This document shows, piece by piece, positions 22,668 through 32,715 of a stretch of 64,000 nucleotides of DNA. The translations under genes and the position numbers were made by a program. Under the pieces are notes generated by a model. It was not told where the DNA came from. It searched no databases and saw nothing but the letters and a program-made list of their open reading frames with translations. Each line of letters begins with the position of its first letter. The stretch's first letter is position 1. This DNA comes from Gemmatimonadales bacterium (GTDB lineage Bacteria > Gemmatimonadota > Gemmatimonadetes > Gemmatimonadales > GWC2-71-9): positions 2,912,001 through 2,976,000 of the forward strand of contig OZ252244.1 of NCBI GenBank assembly GCA_965249575.1, read 5' to 3'.

Positions 22668-22843
22668 CGCGCCAGCGGTGGCCTCCTTTGACGATAACGG
22701 TCCAAGACCGGGCGCCCTTGCACGCGCCACTCAGTGCGGCGTAGTATACCGCCTCGGCTGGACGGCGGTTAGCGAGGCACCGCGGCGAGCTGTTCAGCGA
22801 TCGATGTCTTCCACGCGCGACTCGACCCCCTCTGGAGGTTGGC

Positions 22844-24265
22844 ATGACTCACCGATGCTGGCTCGTCCGTTTTCTGACTGTGATCGGAGCGCTCGCTCTC
22901 GTCTCGGTCGGTGTCTCTTCGGTGGCCGCGCAGGATCCGATGCAAAGTCTGAGGGAGCCACACATCGGTGGAAGCCGGAACATGCACGTCCTGGCCCATA
23001 TCCCCTTGGGTGCGTGGTCCACGGTGATGGACATTGAAATGGAACAAGAGCTCTCGCGCCCCTACGTGTATGTGGCGCGAGCCGATTGGCGCCGGGGTGC
23101 GTACGCCGATTCGAAGGTGCCATCAACCAAGGGTGTCGATATCATCGATATCAAAGACCCCACAAATGCAAAGGTGATTTACTCGTGGCGGATCGAGCAG
23201 GGCGATCTCCACCAGGGGACAGGCGGGATGGACAACAAGTACTTCAAACTCAATCGCCGGTACTATGACATTCAGTCCACGCAGTTCCGGTCTGGTGGGC
23301 CGAATACGGACATGGGTGCCGTCGTGCTCGACGTTACAAGCCTTCCGGACATTTCGGGGGTGAAAGAAGTCGGTCGCCTAAAGGCGCCGGATGCCCCGGG
23401 TGGCTTTCACAACATCTTCATGTACAAGCATTCTGACGGGCGAGCCATCCTGTTTACGACCGCCGGTAATCCCGGCGCGCGCATGTACGATATGGAACGT
23501 TTTCTAAGCGGGGCGGGCGATCAGGGCATGATCGGGCGCGTGCCCGTGCCGGAGGGTCCCGTTTCACCCAGGCAGCCAGGTTATCACGACATGTACGTGG
23601 GATACGATCCGGCGACCCGTCAGGACAAGTTCTACGGGGGCGGGACGGGGGGGTACCACGTCTACGACGTCACGAACACCGAGAACATCAAGCTGGTCAC
23701 GTCCGTTACCGGAGTAGCCGGCGTGCGGGGTGGCCACACGATGACGCCGACGTCGGATGGGCGCTACCTCGTGACGGAGACCGAGTATCAGTACACGCCG
23801 CTTAGACTCTTCGATCTGAAGCCTGGGCTGGATGGTGAGGTCAAGACGATCTCGCGACCAGTGGGAGCCTGGCTGAATTCCTGGGACGGCAATCCCCACA
23901 ACCACGAAGTGCGTTGGCCCTACGTGTTCGTGTCGGGCTACATGGATGGGATACAGGTGTTCAACATGATGGATCCCACCAACCCCTATACGGTAGGGTA
24001 TTACTATATCTGCGACTGCACGCTCCCCGCGGGCGCGGATGGAGCGGGGCAACGAGGGGGTATGAACGGGACGTTTGGGGTGGACGTGCGGAATGCCGAT
24101 GGCCTAGTCGTCGCGAGCGATCGCAACAGCGGATTCTGGGCCTTGAAGATGGATGGTTTCGACGGCTGGAATGGGAACCAGTGGGGAGTGCCGAACATCT
24201 CGAGCGTTCAGGACTGGGACAACGGCCCAAAGGGAGCCCGCGCGACCAGAGTCAGCACCAAGTAG
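22844..24265 (+). CDS. Secreted LVIVD-like/His-rich beta-propeller protein, paralog 1
   Basis: Signal peptide; IIDIKDP, VLDVTSLP, VYDVTN and VFNMMDPTNP blade ends; GFHN, YHD, GHT and HNHE motifs. Confidence 0.75.
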   Translation: MTHRCWLVRFLTVIGALALVSVGVSSVAAQDPMQSLREPHIGGSRNMHVLAHIPLGAWSTVMDIEMEQELSRPYVYVARADWRRGAYADSKVPSTKGVDIIDIKDPTNAKVIYSWRIEQGDLHQGTGGMDNKYFKLNRRYYDIQSTQFRSGGPNTDMGAVVLDVTSLPDISGVKEVGRLKAPDAPGGFHNIFMYKHSDGRAILFTTAGNPGARMYDMERFLSGAGDQGMIGRVPVPEGPVSPRQPGYHDMYVGYDPATRQDKFYGGGTGGYHVYDVTNTENIKLVTSVTGVAGVRGGHTMTPTSDGRYLVTETEYQYTPLRLFDLKPGLDGEVKTISRPVGAWLNSWDGNPHNHEVRWPYVFVSGYMDGIQVFNMMDPTNPYTVGYYYICDCTLPAGADGAGQRGGMNGTFGVDVRNADGLVVASDRNSGFWALKMDGFDGWNGNQWGVPNISSVQDWDNGPKGARATRVSTK

Positions 24266-24386
24266 TTCGCGAGCCGTGAGTGGGTCGGACGTGGGTCGTG
24301 AGTGGGATCCCAATGCTGCGGCAGCCTCTGTTTAGGTGCCCAGGCGTTACTTGCCACTGCTGCCCACGACTCCCCCCTCACTACGA

Positions 24387-24851
24387 CTAGTCTTGCGTGA
24401 CGATGTCGTTCTTGAGTGACGAGACGATCGCGAGCAATTCGTCTTTCTCCTGCACCGGCACACGGTGTTCTTCGAGCGTCGCCACTAGATACTTGACGGC
24501 GGTGCCCCAGTCGGCTTTGGTAATCTCCAGGTCTTCGTGCGCCGTGCGCATATCCAATCCGACGTAGACGCACGGCCCGCCGGTCGCGGCGCAAAGTTGG
24601 TCCACGATCATCTGACGCACCCGTTTTTTGCCGAACTCGTCGAGATCGGCGAAGAAGGCCTCGATGCTGGGGTCTCCGAGCATTTTCGCGAGAAAGACGT
24701 CCGTGACGGATGCCAGAGCATCATATCCGCCGACGCGCTGATACAGCGTGGCATTCGTAGGCGTCGGCTGGGTCGCCGGCGGGGGGTTCGTGCACCGTGC
24801 GAATGAGCCCGTTACGATGGCTGCCCACCCGATCAACAATACCGTCCGCAT
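24387..24851 (-). CDS. Group I truncated (2/2) haemoglobin with N-terminal export/lipoprotein-like signal
   Basis: TLYQRVGG, DPSIEAFF, CAATGGPCVYVG and MRTAH (proximal His). GGAGGG RBS before ATG 24851. Confidence 0.9.
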   Translation of the reverse strand: MRTVLLIGWAAIVTGSFARCTNPPPATQPTPTNATLYQRVGGYDALASVTDVFLAKMLGDPSIEAFFADLDEFGKKRVRQMIVDQLCAATGGPCVYVGLDMRTAHEDLEITKADWGTAVKYLVATLEEHRVPVQEKDELLAIVSSLKNDIVTQD

Positions 24852-25131
24852 GGTCCCTCCAAAGCTCGATTCTAGCCGCTGGTTGTCCGGAAATCTCACG
24901 ACGAGTGAGCACGGGGCGCACACTACCTTCACCCTGCCGTCGTCGTCGAGCCTGTTCACGCTCTAACTAGAAGGCCGGATGGTGTTCTTCGTTCGTGTCC
25001 GCTGCGGCGCAATTTGCGGATCCTCGAGACACCGCACAAGGGCGTCCGCGGAGTTTCACTGGCGCCACTTTTCGCGTTTGGGTACAATCCACTACCGGGC
25101 GCCGCGGAGCGCCATTCGAATCAGGGGGTAG

Positions 25132-26991
25132 ATGCGAGTTATGGAAGCGCGACGAGCGCGGGGATTCTCAAATGCCTGGATCGAAGCGCGTGAGTTGATC
25201 TGGGCGCACCGGCGGCGCTTGGCCATCGGGCTCGGGTTGATGTTGATCAACCGCCTCGCCGGGCTCGTGCTCCCGGGGTCGTCCAAGTTTCTGATCGATG
25301 AGGTTATTGGCAATCAGCGGTATGATCTGCTCGTGACCATCGCGCTCGCCGCCGGGGGGGCGACGCTGATCCAGGCAGCCACGTCCTTTTCCCTGTCACA
25401 GGTGCTCGGAGTAGCCGCGCATCGTGCCATCACCGATATGCGCAGGACGGTCGAAGCGCATGTCATGCGGTTGCCAATACGGTTTTTCGACTCGACGAAA
25501 ACGGGCGTGCTGATTTCCCGTATCATGACGGACGCCGAGGGCATCAGGAATCTCGTCGGCAATGGTCTCGTGCAACTGAGTGGCGGGCTCGTCACCGCAA
25601 CCATCGCGCTGGGCGTGCTGTTCTATCTCAATTGGCGTCTCACATCCGTCACGATACTCGTGCTCGCGGTGTTCGGCGGCGCCATGGCCGTTGCGTTCAG
25701 CAAGATCCGCCCGCTGTTCCGGGAGCGTGGCAAGATCAACGCCGAGGTCACGGGACGGCTGAGTGAGGGGCTGAGCGGTGTCCGCGTCGTGAAGGCCTAT
25801 ACCGCTGAGCGGCATGAGCAGCTCGTGTTCGCCCGCGGCGTGCACCGACTGTTTCGTAACGTGGCCCGATCGATCACTGCCGTCTCGGGCATTTCGGCTT
25901 TCTCGACACTCGTGGTCGGCAGCATCGGCGTGCTGATGATCATCGTCGGCGGCCGGTCGATTCTAGCTGGTGCCATGACGCTCGGTGACTTCGTCATGTA
26001 CATTTTCTTCACGGGGCTCGTCGCGGCGCCGCTCGTACAAATCGCCTCCATTGGTACCCAGATCAGTGAGGCATTCGCCGGGCTAGACAGGATTCGAGAC
26101 ATTCGACAGATGGCGACAGAAGGGGATGAGGAGCGGGGGCGGCGACGCCTGGAGGGCGTGCGTGGAGACGTAGCGTTCGAGGACGTGAGCTTTGAGTACA
26201 CAGCGGGCGTGCCGGTCCTCAAGCACGTGTCCTTCGATGCGCCCGCGAGCTCGACGACGGCGCTCGTGGGTTCGAGCGGATCGGGCAAGAGCACCCTCAT
26301 CAGTCTGGTGATGACGTTCAACCGCCCGGCTTCGGGACGGGTGTCCGTCGACGGCCATGACCTGAGCAAGGTGCGCCTCAGCGACTATCGCTCCCATTTG
26401 GGAGTGGTGTTACAGGACAATTTCCTGTTCGACGGGACGATCGCGGAGAACATCGGGTACGCCCATCCGCGAGCCACGCGCGAACGCATCCGGGAAGACA
26501 GTCGCATCGCACATTGTGCGGAGTTCATCGAAAAGTTCCCGGACGGATATGACACGGTGGTTGGGGAGCGCGGTGTGAGGCTTTCGGGCGGCCAGCGCCA
26601 GCGGATTGCCATTGCCAGGGCCATTCTGGCCGATCCGAAGATCCTCATCCTCGATGAGGCCACGTCCAGTCTCGACAGCGAGAGCGAGGCACAGATTCAA
26701 GACGGGTTGCGCTCGCTCCGCCGTGGCCGGACCACATTCGTGATCGCCCATCGATTGTCGACCATTCAGAGTGCCGACCAGATTCTCGTGCTCGAAGATG
26801 GAGAGATCGTTGAGCGCGGAACCCACCACGAACTGCTCCAGGTCGACGGCCGGTACAAGCAGCTCTACGATAGACAATATCGCGTCGAGCTCAACCGGTT
26901 CATCAATCCTGGCGAGGACTTTACGCCAGATCCCCCTGACGCCCTCGAGTCAGTCGCTGATTCGGGTTCGGGAGGACCGACCACACTCTAA
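25132..26991 (+). CDS. ABC exporter, fused permease/ATPase (MsbA/Sav1866-like)
   Basis: TM domain, Walker A GSSGSGKST, LSGGQRQR signature, ILILDEAT Walker B and IAHRLST. Confidence 0.95.
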   Translation: MRVMEARRARGFSNAWIEARELIWAHRRRLAIGLGLMLINRLAGLVLPGSSKFLIDEVIGNQRYDLLVTIALAAGGATLIQAATSFSLSQVLGVAAHRAITDMRRTVEAHVMRLPIRFFDSTKTGVLISRIMTDAEGIRNLVGNGLVQLSGGLVTATIALGVLFYLNWRLTSVTILVLAVFGGAMAVAFSKIRPLFRERGKINAEVTGRLSEGLSGVRVVKAYTAERHEQLVFARGVHRLFRNVARSITAVSGISAFSTLVVGSIGVLMIIVGGRSILAGAMTLGDFVMYIFFTGLVAAPLVQIASIGTQISEAFAGLDRIRDIRQMATEGDEERGRRRLEGVRGDVAFEDVSFEYTAGVPVLKHVSFDAPASSTTALVGSSGSGKSTLISLVMTFNRPASGRVSVDGHDLSKVRLSDYRSHLGVVLQDNFLFDGTIAENIGYAHPRATRERIREDSRIAHCAEFIEKFPDGYDTVVGERGVRLSGGQRQRIAIARAILADPKILILDEATSSLDSESEAQIQDGLRSLRRGRTTFVIAHRLSTIQSADQILVLEDGEIVERGTHHELLQVDGRYKQLYDRQYRVELNRFINPGEDFTPDPPDALESVADSGSGGPTTL

Positions 26992-27037
26992 CCGCGTCAC
27001 CCGAGTGCCGACCACACTGCAACCACATCGTACCGGC

Positions 27038-28384
27038 TCACGAGAAGCGTGATGGCAGGGCCCCTCCATCGCCTGACGTCCACGGGATTGGGACGGGCGG
27101 CCCGCCGTTCGGCAGGTTGCGACAGGCTTCGAGGAGCCGGTCGGTGGTCGCCGGTTCGATTCCCCCATAAGCGCAGAGCTCGTGGGTTTTTGCGTCGATC
27201 TCTTCGTCCATGAGGGGGACCTCCGGATCTCCGCGGGCGGTCGACCGGTCGATCCGTACACATCGACCGCCGGATGTACACACCTCTACGGCCGCGCCCC
27301 ACTCACGGGGATAGGCCCTGGCGAGCGTTTCGTCGACCTGAACGTTGGTTTTTGTTAACAATCGGCGCAACGCCTCGTCGGCGAGGCCGTCATCATCAAA
27401 CGAACGCATGCCCACCCGCCCGTGGAGCAGGGCCGTCCCTACGCAAAACTGCATGCTGAACCGGGCCGCATATGGGGAAAAGGGATTCGGATTGTCCGTG
27501 AGGGCGAGAGCCGCTGGATAGCTGGAGACCGTGACGCGCTCGACTTCCCCCGCCATCGGTTCAGGCGGCCCGAGCTCAGTCCTTGCCGCAAGTGCGGCAT
27601 CGATCGCCGGGTGCGTATGGCGGCATGATGGATAGGGTTTCAGTGAGGTCTCGGTGAGCTTCCAATCGTTTCCCGGTGCGAGCACTCGGCTGGGGTCGGC
27701 GTTGGGGCAAAAGCCGGCGAAGAATCCCCGGGCCCCTTCCAGAATCGCCGCCGGACCAGTGAACCCAGCCCGAGCGAGTAGCGCGGATCGCGCACCCGCC
27801 TGCGCCGCGTGTCCCGCGTGCAGATGCTTGGACATGGTCGCGTCTTCGTTGAACTGCCACAGCCCTCCGGCCTGCGTGCCCGCATTCCCCAACGCCCACC
27901 CCCACTGCCGCTCGTCGAGCTCGAGGATGGTCGCTGCCGCCGCCGCCGCCCCGAAAACGCCCGCGGTCGCTGTGTTGTGGAAGGTGCGATAGTGCTCCGA
28001 CCCGAGGGCCTCACCCACCCGGAGCATGACCTCGTAGCCGGCGAGGACAGCGCGAAGCGCAGCCCGCCCGCTTGCTCCAAAAGTGCCGGCGAAGATCAGC
28101 GCGGTCGGGATGACCACACACGCCGGGTGTGTCGTCGACGCGCGGTGCAGGTCGTCAGTCTCCGTGATGTGGGATAGCGCCGCGGCAAGGAACACACGGT
28201 CTTCTTCGCTGGGGCGGCCCTCTGCGTACGAGCGCAGGATGCGCCCAGGAGTGGTTGCACCGCCAGCCGCCGCGGCGCCAAGCCAGTCACGTACGTACCG
28301 GCTGGCGGAGACCAGATGCTCGTCGGTGACCTTGGCAGAACGGACGAGCTTGGTGAGCGACTGCGTGAGCGTCAGGGGGGTCAC
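27038..28384 (-). CDS. MmgE/PrpD family protein
   Basis: ETDDLH...THP, AGYEV, FHNT, SKHLHAG, GFTG...LEG..GF, KPYPSCRHTH and ARFS. Probable GTG start at 28384. Confidence 0.92.
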   Translation of the reverse strand: MTPLTLTQSLTKLVRSAKVTDEHLVSASRYVRDWLGAAAAGGATTPGRILRSYAEGRPSEEDRVFLAAALSHITETDDLHRASTTHPACVVIPTALIFAGTFGASGRAALRAVLAGYEVMLRVGEALGSEHYRTFHNTATAGVFGAAAAAATILELDERQWGWALGNAGTQAGGLWQFNEDATMSKHLHAGHAAQAGARSALLARAGFTGPAAILEGARGFFAGFCPNADPSRVLAPGNDWKLTETSLKPYPSCRHTHPAIDAALAARTELGPPEPMAGEVERVTVSSYPAALALTDNPNPFSPYAARFSMQFCVGTALLHGRVGMRSFDDDGLADEALRRLLTKTNVQVDETLARAYPREWGAAVEVCTSGGRCVRIDRSTARGDPEVPLMDEEIDAKTHELCAYGGIEPATTDRLLEACRNLPNGGPPVPIPWTSGDGGALPSRFS

Positions 28385-28442
28385 GGATGGGTCCGGTGCC
28401 GGGTCGGTTGTGCGACTTGCCTGCGCCGCCCGCTGAGCGCGC

Positions 28443-29318
28443 TCAAGAGGACTCCACGTCGAAGCTGGCCTTGACTGCCATGATGCCCTGGGGGTTCGCC
28501 GCCCAAACCTCGGAGCGCCCTGGTGATTGTGCTCGCCCCGCGATGTTGATCGTTTCGTCCGCAAACAGCGGCCCGACGTTCCGAAACGCAAAGACACTTG
28601 GTCGACCGGGCGTATGGCGTACCGCTGCGGAGAGCAGCAAGAGGGCGGCGAACGGCCCGTGGACTAGCAGGCCGCGGTACCCTTCGACCCCGGTTGCGTA
28701 GGGGTGATCGTAATGAATGCGGTGTCCGTTGAAGGTCAGGGCGGAGAACCGGAATAGCGCGACCGCCGTCGGCAGGTAAGTTTCGGTCCACTCCGAATCG
28801 GAGGGCGGAGGTCTGGTTTCGATGCTTGGCTCGTTGCGGCCCGGAGCACGACGGTAGACGAGTGTCTGCTCCTCCTCGACGGCGGGACCCTGCGACCCAG
28901 TAATCAGGCGATGCACCGTGACGAACACCAGCGTGCCCGATCGGCCCTTCTTGGTTTCAATGGAAGTGATCCGCGACCGCCGTTCGATACGCTCGCCGAT
29001 CCGTATGGCACGTTGGAACGTCAGCCGGCCGGCGGCCCACATCCGGCGCGGAAGAGGGATGGGAGGGAGCAACCCCCCTCGCCGCGGGTGGCCGTCATCG
29101 CCGATGTCGGATTGGGGCGTCGCTGGATTGAAGTAGAACCAATGCCAGCCAACGGGGACGTCTGCCCCTAGGGCGTCATTCGGGTTCTTTATGTCAAACA
29201 ACGAGGCGGCCAGGCGCACGGGTCCGGGTTCAACGACATCGGTTTCCGTGGCCTCCCGTCCAATCCATTCTTGGAGCACGGACATCGCCGGTTCGTGACC
29301 CTCGTCGGTTGGGCTCAC
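28443..29318 (-). CDS. ich: Itaconyl-CoA/mesaconyl-C4-CoA hydratase-like double hot-dog dehydratase
   Basis: DGHPRRG...PRRMWAAG, KKGRSGTLVFV and LFRFSALTFNGHRIHYD..YA..VEGY.GLLVHGP. Operon context supports the call. Confidence 0.8.
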   Translation of the reverse strand: MSPTDEGHEPAMSVLQEWIGREATETDVVEPGPVRLAASLFDIKNPNDALGADVPVGWHWFYFNPATPQSDIGDDGHPRRGGLLPPIPLPRRMWAAGRLTFQRAIRIGERIERRSRITSIETKKGRSGTLVFVTVHRLITGSQGPAVEEEQTLVYRRAPGRNEPSIETRPPPSDSEWTETYLPTAVALFRFSALTFNGHRIHYDHPYATGVEGYRGLLVHGPFAALLLLSAAVRHTPGRPSVFAFRNVGPLFADETINIAGRAQSPGRSEVWAANPQGIMAVKASFDVESS

Positions 29319-30439
29319 CCAGCGAACTCTTGCCGAACCGCGTTGGTGTCCTCGCCGAGCGCTGGGACGCGAGCGGCGGCCGTGTCGGCGGGCGAAGGGC
29401 TTCGGATGGGGTCAGCCGCCAGCCGGATTGGCCCGGCCTCGGTGCCCACTGTAACGAGCCGTAACTGCGGGTGCTGCGAGAGCTCCGCCACCGAGTTGAG
29501 CCTCCCGAACGCCACATTCGAGTTCGTAAGGCGACCCACGATGTCCTCCAGCGGCAACTGACCCAACACGCCTGAGATAATCGTGTCGAGAGCTTCGCGA
29601 TTGGCAACGCGCTTGCTGTTGGTGTCGAAGTCCTCCGCCTCGGCCATCTCCGGCCGGTCCAGCACGCCTGCACAGAAACTCACCCAATCGCGTTCGTTAC
29701 CCACCGCGATGAGGACCACCCGCCCGTCCCGGCCGGCATACGGCCCGTACGGTGCCACCGAAGCGTGGTGCAGCCCGGTGCGCTGCGGTGCCCGTCCGCC
29801 GTATGCATAGTGGAGATATGGGACGCTCATCCAGTGTGCGAGGCTGTCGAACATCGAGACCTCGAGCGCTCGCCCGCAACCAGTCCGCTCCCGCTCGAAC
29901 AACGCCTCGACGATGCCGCCATAGGCATGCATGCCGGTACTAATGTCACAGATGGAGATGCCCTTCGCGGGCTCGTCGGGCGTACCGGTCACCGAGAGGA
30001 GGCCGGTCTCACCCTGGACGAGGTTGTCGTAGGCCTTCATACCGGCCCGTGGGCCATCGCTACCGTAGCCCGTGATATCGCACGTAATGAGGGATGGGAA
30101 CTCCCGTCTCAAGTGGGCGGAGCCAAACCCCGCGCGTTCGGCGGCTCCCGGTGCCAAGTTTTGAACGAACACATCGGCCTTTGCTAGCATCCGTCGGAGG
30201 AGCGCGGCGTCTTCAGGGTCTTTCACGTCCAGGACGACGGACTCCTTCCCAACGTTCAGCCAGACGAAGTACGCGCTCTGGCCACGCACGACCTCGTCAT
30301 ATCCCCGCGCGAAGTCCCCGTCCGAGCGCTCGACCTTTATGACCCGCGCTCCCGCAGCCGCCAACTTCAGGGTGGTGAGCGGCGCGGCCACGGCCTGCTC
30401 GAGTCCCACAACGAGCACTCCAGCGAGCGGTTCGCGCAT
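29315..30439 (-). CDS. ict: Class III (CaiB/BaiF) CoA-transferase, itaconate CoA-transferase-like
   Basis: LEQAVAAP, GARVIKVER..GDFARGYD, FVWLN.GKES, ADVFVQNLAPG, KAYD and catalytic D in ICDI. Confidence 0.8.
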   Translation of the reverse strand: MREPLAGVLVVGLEQAVAAPLTTLKLAAAGARVIKVERSDGDFARGYDEVVRGQSAYFVWLNVGKESVVLDVKDPEDAALLRRMLAKADVFVQNLAPGAAERAGFGSAHLRREFPSLITCDITGYGSDGPRAGMKAYDNLVQGETGLLSVTGTPDEPAKGISICDISTGMHAYGGIVEALFERERTGCGRALEVSMFDSLAHWMSVPYLHYAYGGRAPQRTGLHHASVAPYGPYAGRDGRVVLIAVGNERDWVSFCAGVLDRPEMAEAEDFDTNSKRVANREALDTIISGVLGQLPLEDIVGRLTNSNVAFGRLNSVAELSQHPQLRLVTVGTEAGPIRLAADPIRSPSPADTAAARVPALGEDTNAVRQEFAG

Positions 30440-31281
30440 TAGGCTCTCGCCGTCGCCGCCGCGATGGCGAGGGTGCGCTGGGCCGAGAGGATGACCGGCC
30501 GCTCGACGAGTTGACCGTCGACCAGCAAGACCCCCCCCTCGTTACGGTCGTACGCAGCGACGATTGCCTTCGCGCGCGCGACTTCCTCGGGAGAGGGCGA
30601 GAAGGCTTGCTGGATGATCGGTACTTGCGTTGGATGGATTGCGGTCTTGCCGGTAAAACCGAGGCGTGCCGCTGCACGGGCCTCCGATTCGAGTCCGTCG
30701 CCGTCCTCGATGTCGAGATAGGGCATATCGATGGCGTCGATCTCGGCCGTGGCGGCGGCATGGACGACTCGGGACCGCGCGTAGGCAAGTGACGGCCAGT
30801 CCCGCGCGGACCGCAGAGCCGTGGAGAGATCCACTCCGCCAAAAACTAGTCCCGACAACCTTGCCGAGGCGGTGGCGATCAACAGCGCGTGTTCGAGGCC
30901 CTCGACCGTCTCGATCATCGCGATCAGCCGGATGGTCGGGTGACGTGGCCTGAGAACGGAATCGACCAATCGGACCTGCGCCGGGCTCGTGAGTTTGGGG
31001 ATCATGAGCGCGTCCGGCGCGGCGTTGGATTCGCACATCGCAAGTAGGTCCCGCAGTCCCGTCTCGCTTTCGATCCCGTTGATTCTCACGATCAGCTCCA
31101 CCGGTCGGGAACGCTCGCGCTGGAGGACCTCGAGGACTGACGTCCGACCACGCTCTTTGTCCTGCGGGGCCACCGCGTCTTCCAAGTCCACGCACACCGC
31201 GTCCGCGCCGCTCGTCAGGGCACGCTCGAACTGGTCGGGGCGGATGCCAGGGAGAAAGAGCACGGTCCGGCGGAGCGCCAT
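30439..31281 (-). CDS. ccl: CitE/HpcH-family CoA-ester lyase, (S)-citramalyl-CoA lyase-like
   Basis: DLEDAV, VRIN, MIPK, MIET, FGGVDLS, GFTGKTAIHPTQ and DGQLVERP. Confidence 0.8.
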   Translation of the reverse strand: MALRRTVLFLPGIRPDQFERALTSGADAVCVDLEDAVAPQDKERGRTSVLEVLQRERSRPVELIVRINGIESETGLRDLLAMCESNAAPDALMIPKLTSPAQVRLVDSVLRPRHPTIRLIAMIETVEGLEHALLIATASARLSGLVFGGVDLSTALRSARDWPSLAYARSRVVHAAATAEIDAIDMPYLDIEDGDGLESEARAAARLGFTGKTAIHPTQVPIIQQAFSPSPEEVARAKAIVAAYDRNEGGVLLVDGQLVERPVILSAQRTLAIAAATARA

Positions 31282-31490
31282 GTTTGAGCTCAGAATGCCT
31301 CCTCACAGTCGACGACCATAACATACCGTTTTCGGACGCCGTCGTCCCCCCGGGGTGCGGGGCTCGGACCTCCCCCGATTGGGGCCTGGCGCGGGGACCG
31401 TGGCCGTCCGATCCGTCCCGGAGTAAGATTCAGCACCGAGGGCGCGTGCGACCGGCCTCCAAGCAAGGCCGTCTGGTTAGAGTGCAAAGG

Positions 31491-32654
31491 GTGGAGCCTT
31501 TACGGTTGAACGAATCCCAGCTTCAAATTCGAGACGGTGTCCGCGCCCTCTGCAGCCGCTACCCCGGTGAGTACTGGCGCGACCTCGACCGCACCCGATC
31601 GTATCCGGAGGCGTTTGTCCGCGCGCTCACGGACGGTGGTTACCTGAGCTGCCTCATTCCGGAGTCGTATGGCGGCGCCGGACTTGGGATCGTCGAGGCG
31701 TGCATCGTACTCGAGGAGATCAACCGCTCCGGTGGCAACGCGGCCGCCTGTCACGCCCAGATGTACACCATGGGCACCCTGCTGCGCCACGGGTCGGAGG
31801 CACAGAAACAGCGTTACCTGCCGGATATCGCCGCCGGCGGGCTACGGCTCCAGGCCTTTGGGGTGACCGAGCCAACGGCCGGGTCCGACACCACCAAGAT
31901 CAGTACCTTCGCGGAACGACGCGGCGATCGGTACTTCATAACCGGTCAGAAGGTGTTTATATCGAGGGTACAGCACTCGGACCTGTTACTCTTGCTCGCG
32001 CGCACGACCCCGATCGAAGAGGTGCAGCGCAAGACTGACGGCCTCAGCGTGTTTCTGGTGAACCTGCCCGACGCTGGAGACAAGCTTCGAGTTCGTCCTA
32101 TCGAGACGATGGTGAACCACGAAACCAACGAATTGTTCTTCGACGGCGTGGAAGTTCCAGCGGACAACCGAATAGGCGATGAAGGGAAAGGTTTTGGTTA
32201 CATCTTGAGCGGTATGAACGCCGAACGGATCCTGATCGCCTCGGAATCTATCGGTGACTCGCGGTTCTTCGTGGATCGCGGGTGCGAATACGCCGGCCAG
32301 CGCATTGTGTTCGGGCGCCCAATTGGCCAGAACCAGGCGATCCAGTTTCCGATCGCGCGCGCCCATGTTAACACTGAGGCCGCAGCGAGCGTACGAGATC
32401 GTGCGGCGATCCTGTACGACGGGGGCGAGGAATGCGGCGCCGAAGCCAACATGTGCAAGTACCTCGCCTCGGAAGCGGCGTGGGAGGCAGGGAACGCGGC
32501 CATGACGACCTACGGCGGCTACGGGATGGCGGTGGAATACGACATCGAGCGCAAGTTCCGAGAAGCCCGGCTGTTCCTGGTCGCCCCAGTGTCGAACAAC
32601 CTCATCCTCGGGTATGTGGGACAACACGTCCTTGGAATGCCTCGGTCTTTCTGA
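31491..32654 (+). CDS. Acyl-CoA dehydrogenase (type associated with C5-dicarboxylate clusters)
   Basis: IPESYGGAG, CHAQMYTM, FGVTEPTAGSD, GQKVFIS, NAERILIA, FGRPIGQNQ and YGGYG...IERKFRE. Start approximate. Confidence 0.93.
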   Translation: MEPLRLNESQLQIRDGVRALCSRYPGEYWRDLDRTRSYPEAFVRALTDGGYLSCLIPESYGGAGLGIVEACIVLEEINRSGGNAAACHAQMYTMGTLLRHGSEAQKQRYLPDIAAGGLRLQAFGVTEPTAGSDTTKISTFAERRGDRYFITGQKVFISRVQHSDLLLLLARTTPIEEVQRKTDGLSVFLVNLPDAGDKLRVRPIETMVNHETNELFFDGVEVPADNRIGDEGKGFGYILSGMNAERILIASESIGDSRFFVDRGCEYAGQRIVFGRPIGQNQAIQFPIARAHVNTEAAASVRDRAAILYDGGEECGAEANMCKYLASEAAWEAGNAAMTTYGGYGMAVEYDIERKFREARLFLVAPVSNNLILGYVGQHVLGMPRSF

Positions 32655-32715
32655 CTCGATGAGTTGGCCCCGTATTTGGAATTGGGGTTCGCCGAAACGG
32701 GGCCAGTCATCCCGG

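Noticed and set aside
24852..24959. KVVCAPC segment upstream of the globin as a third zinc-ribbon remnant or globin extension
   Set aside because: Only one CxxC is present, and a good RBS precedes ATG 24851. The evidence is insufficient.
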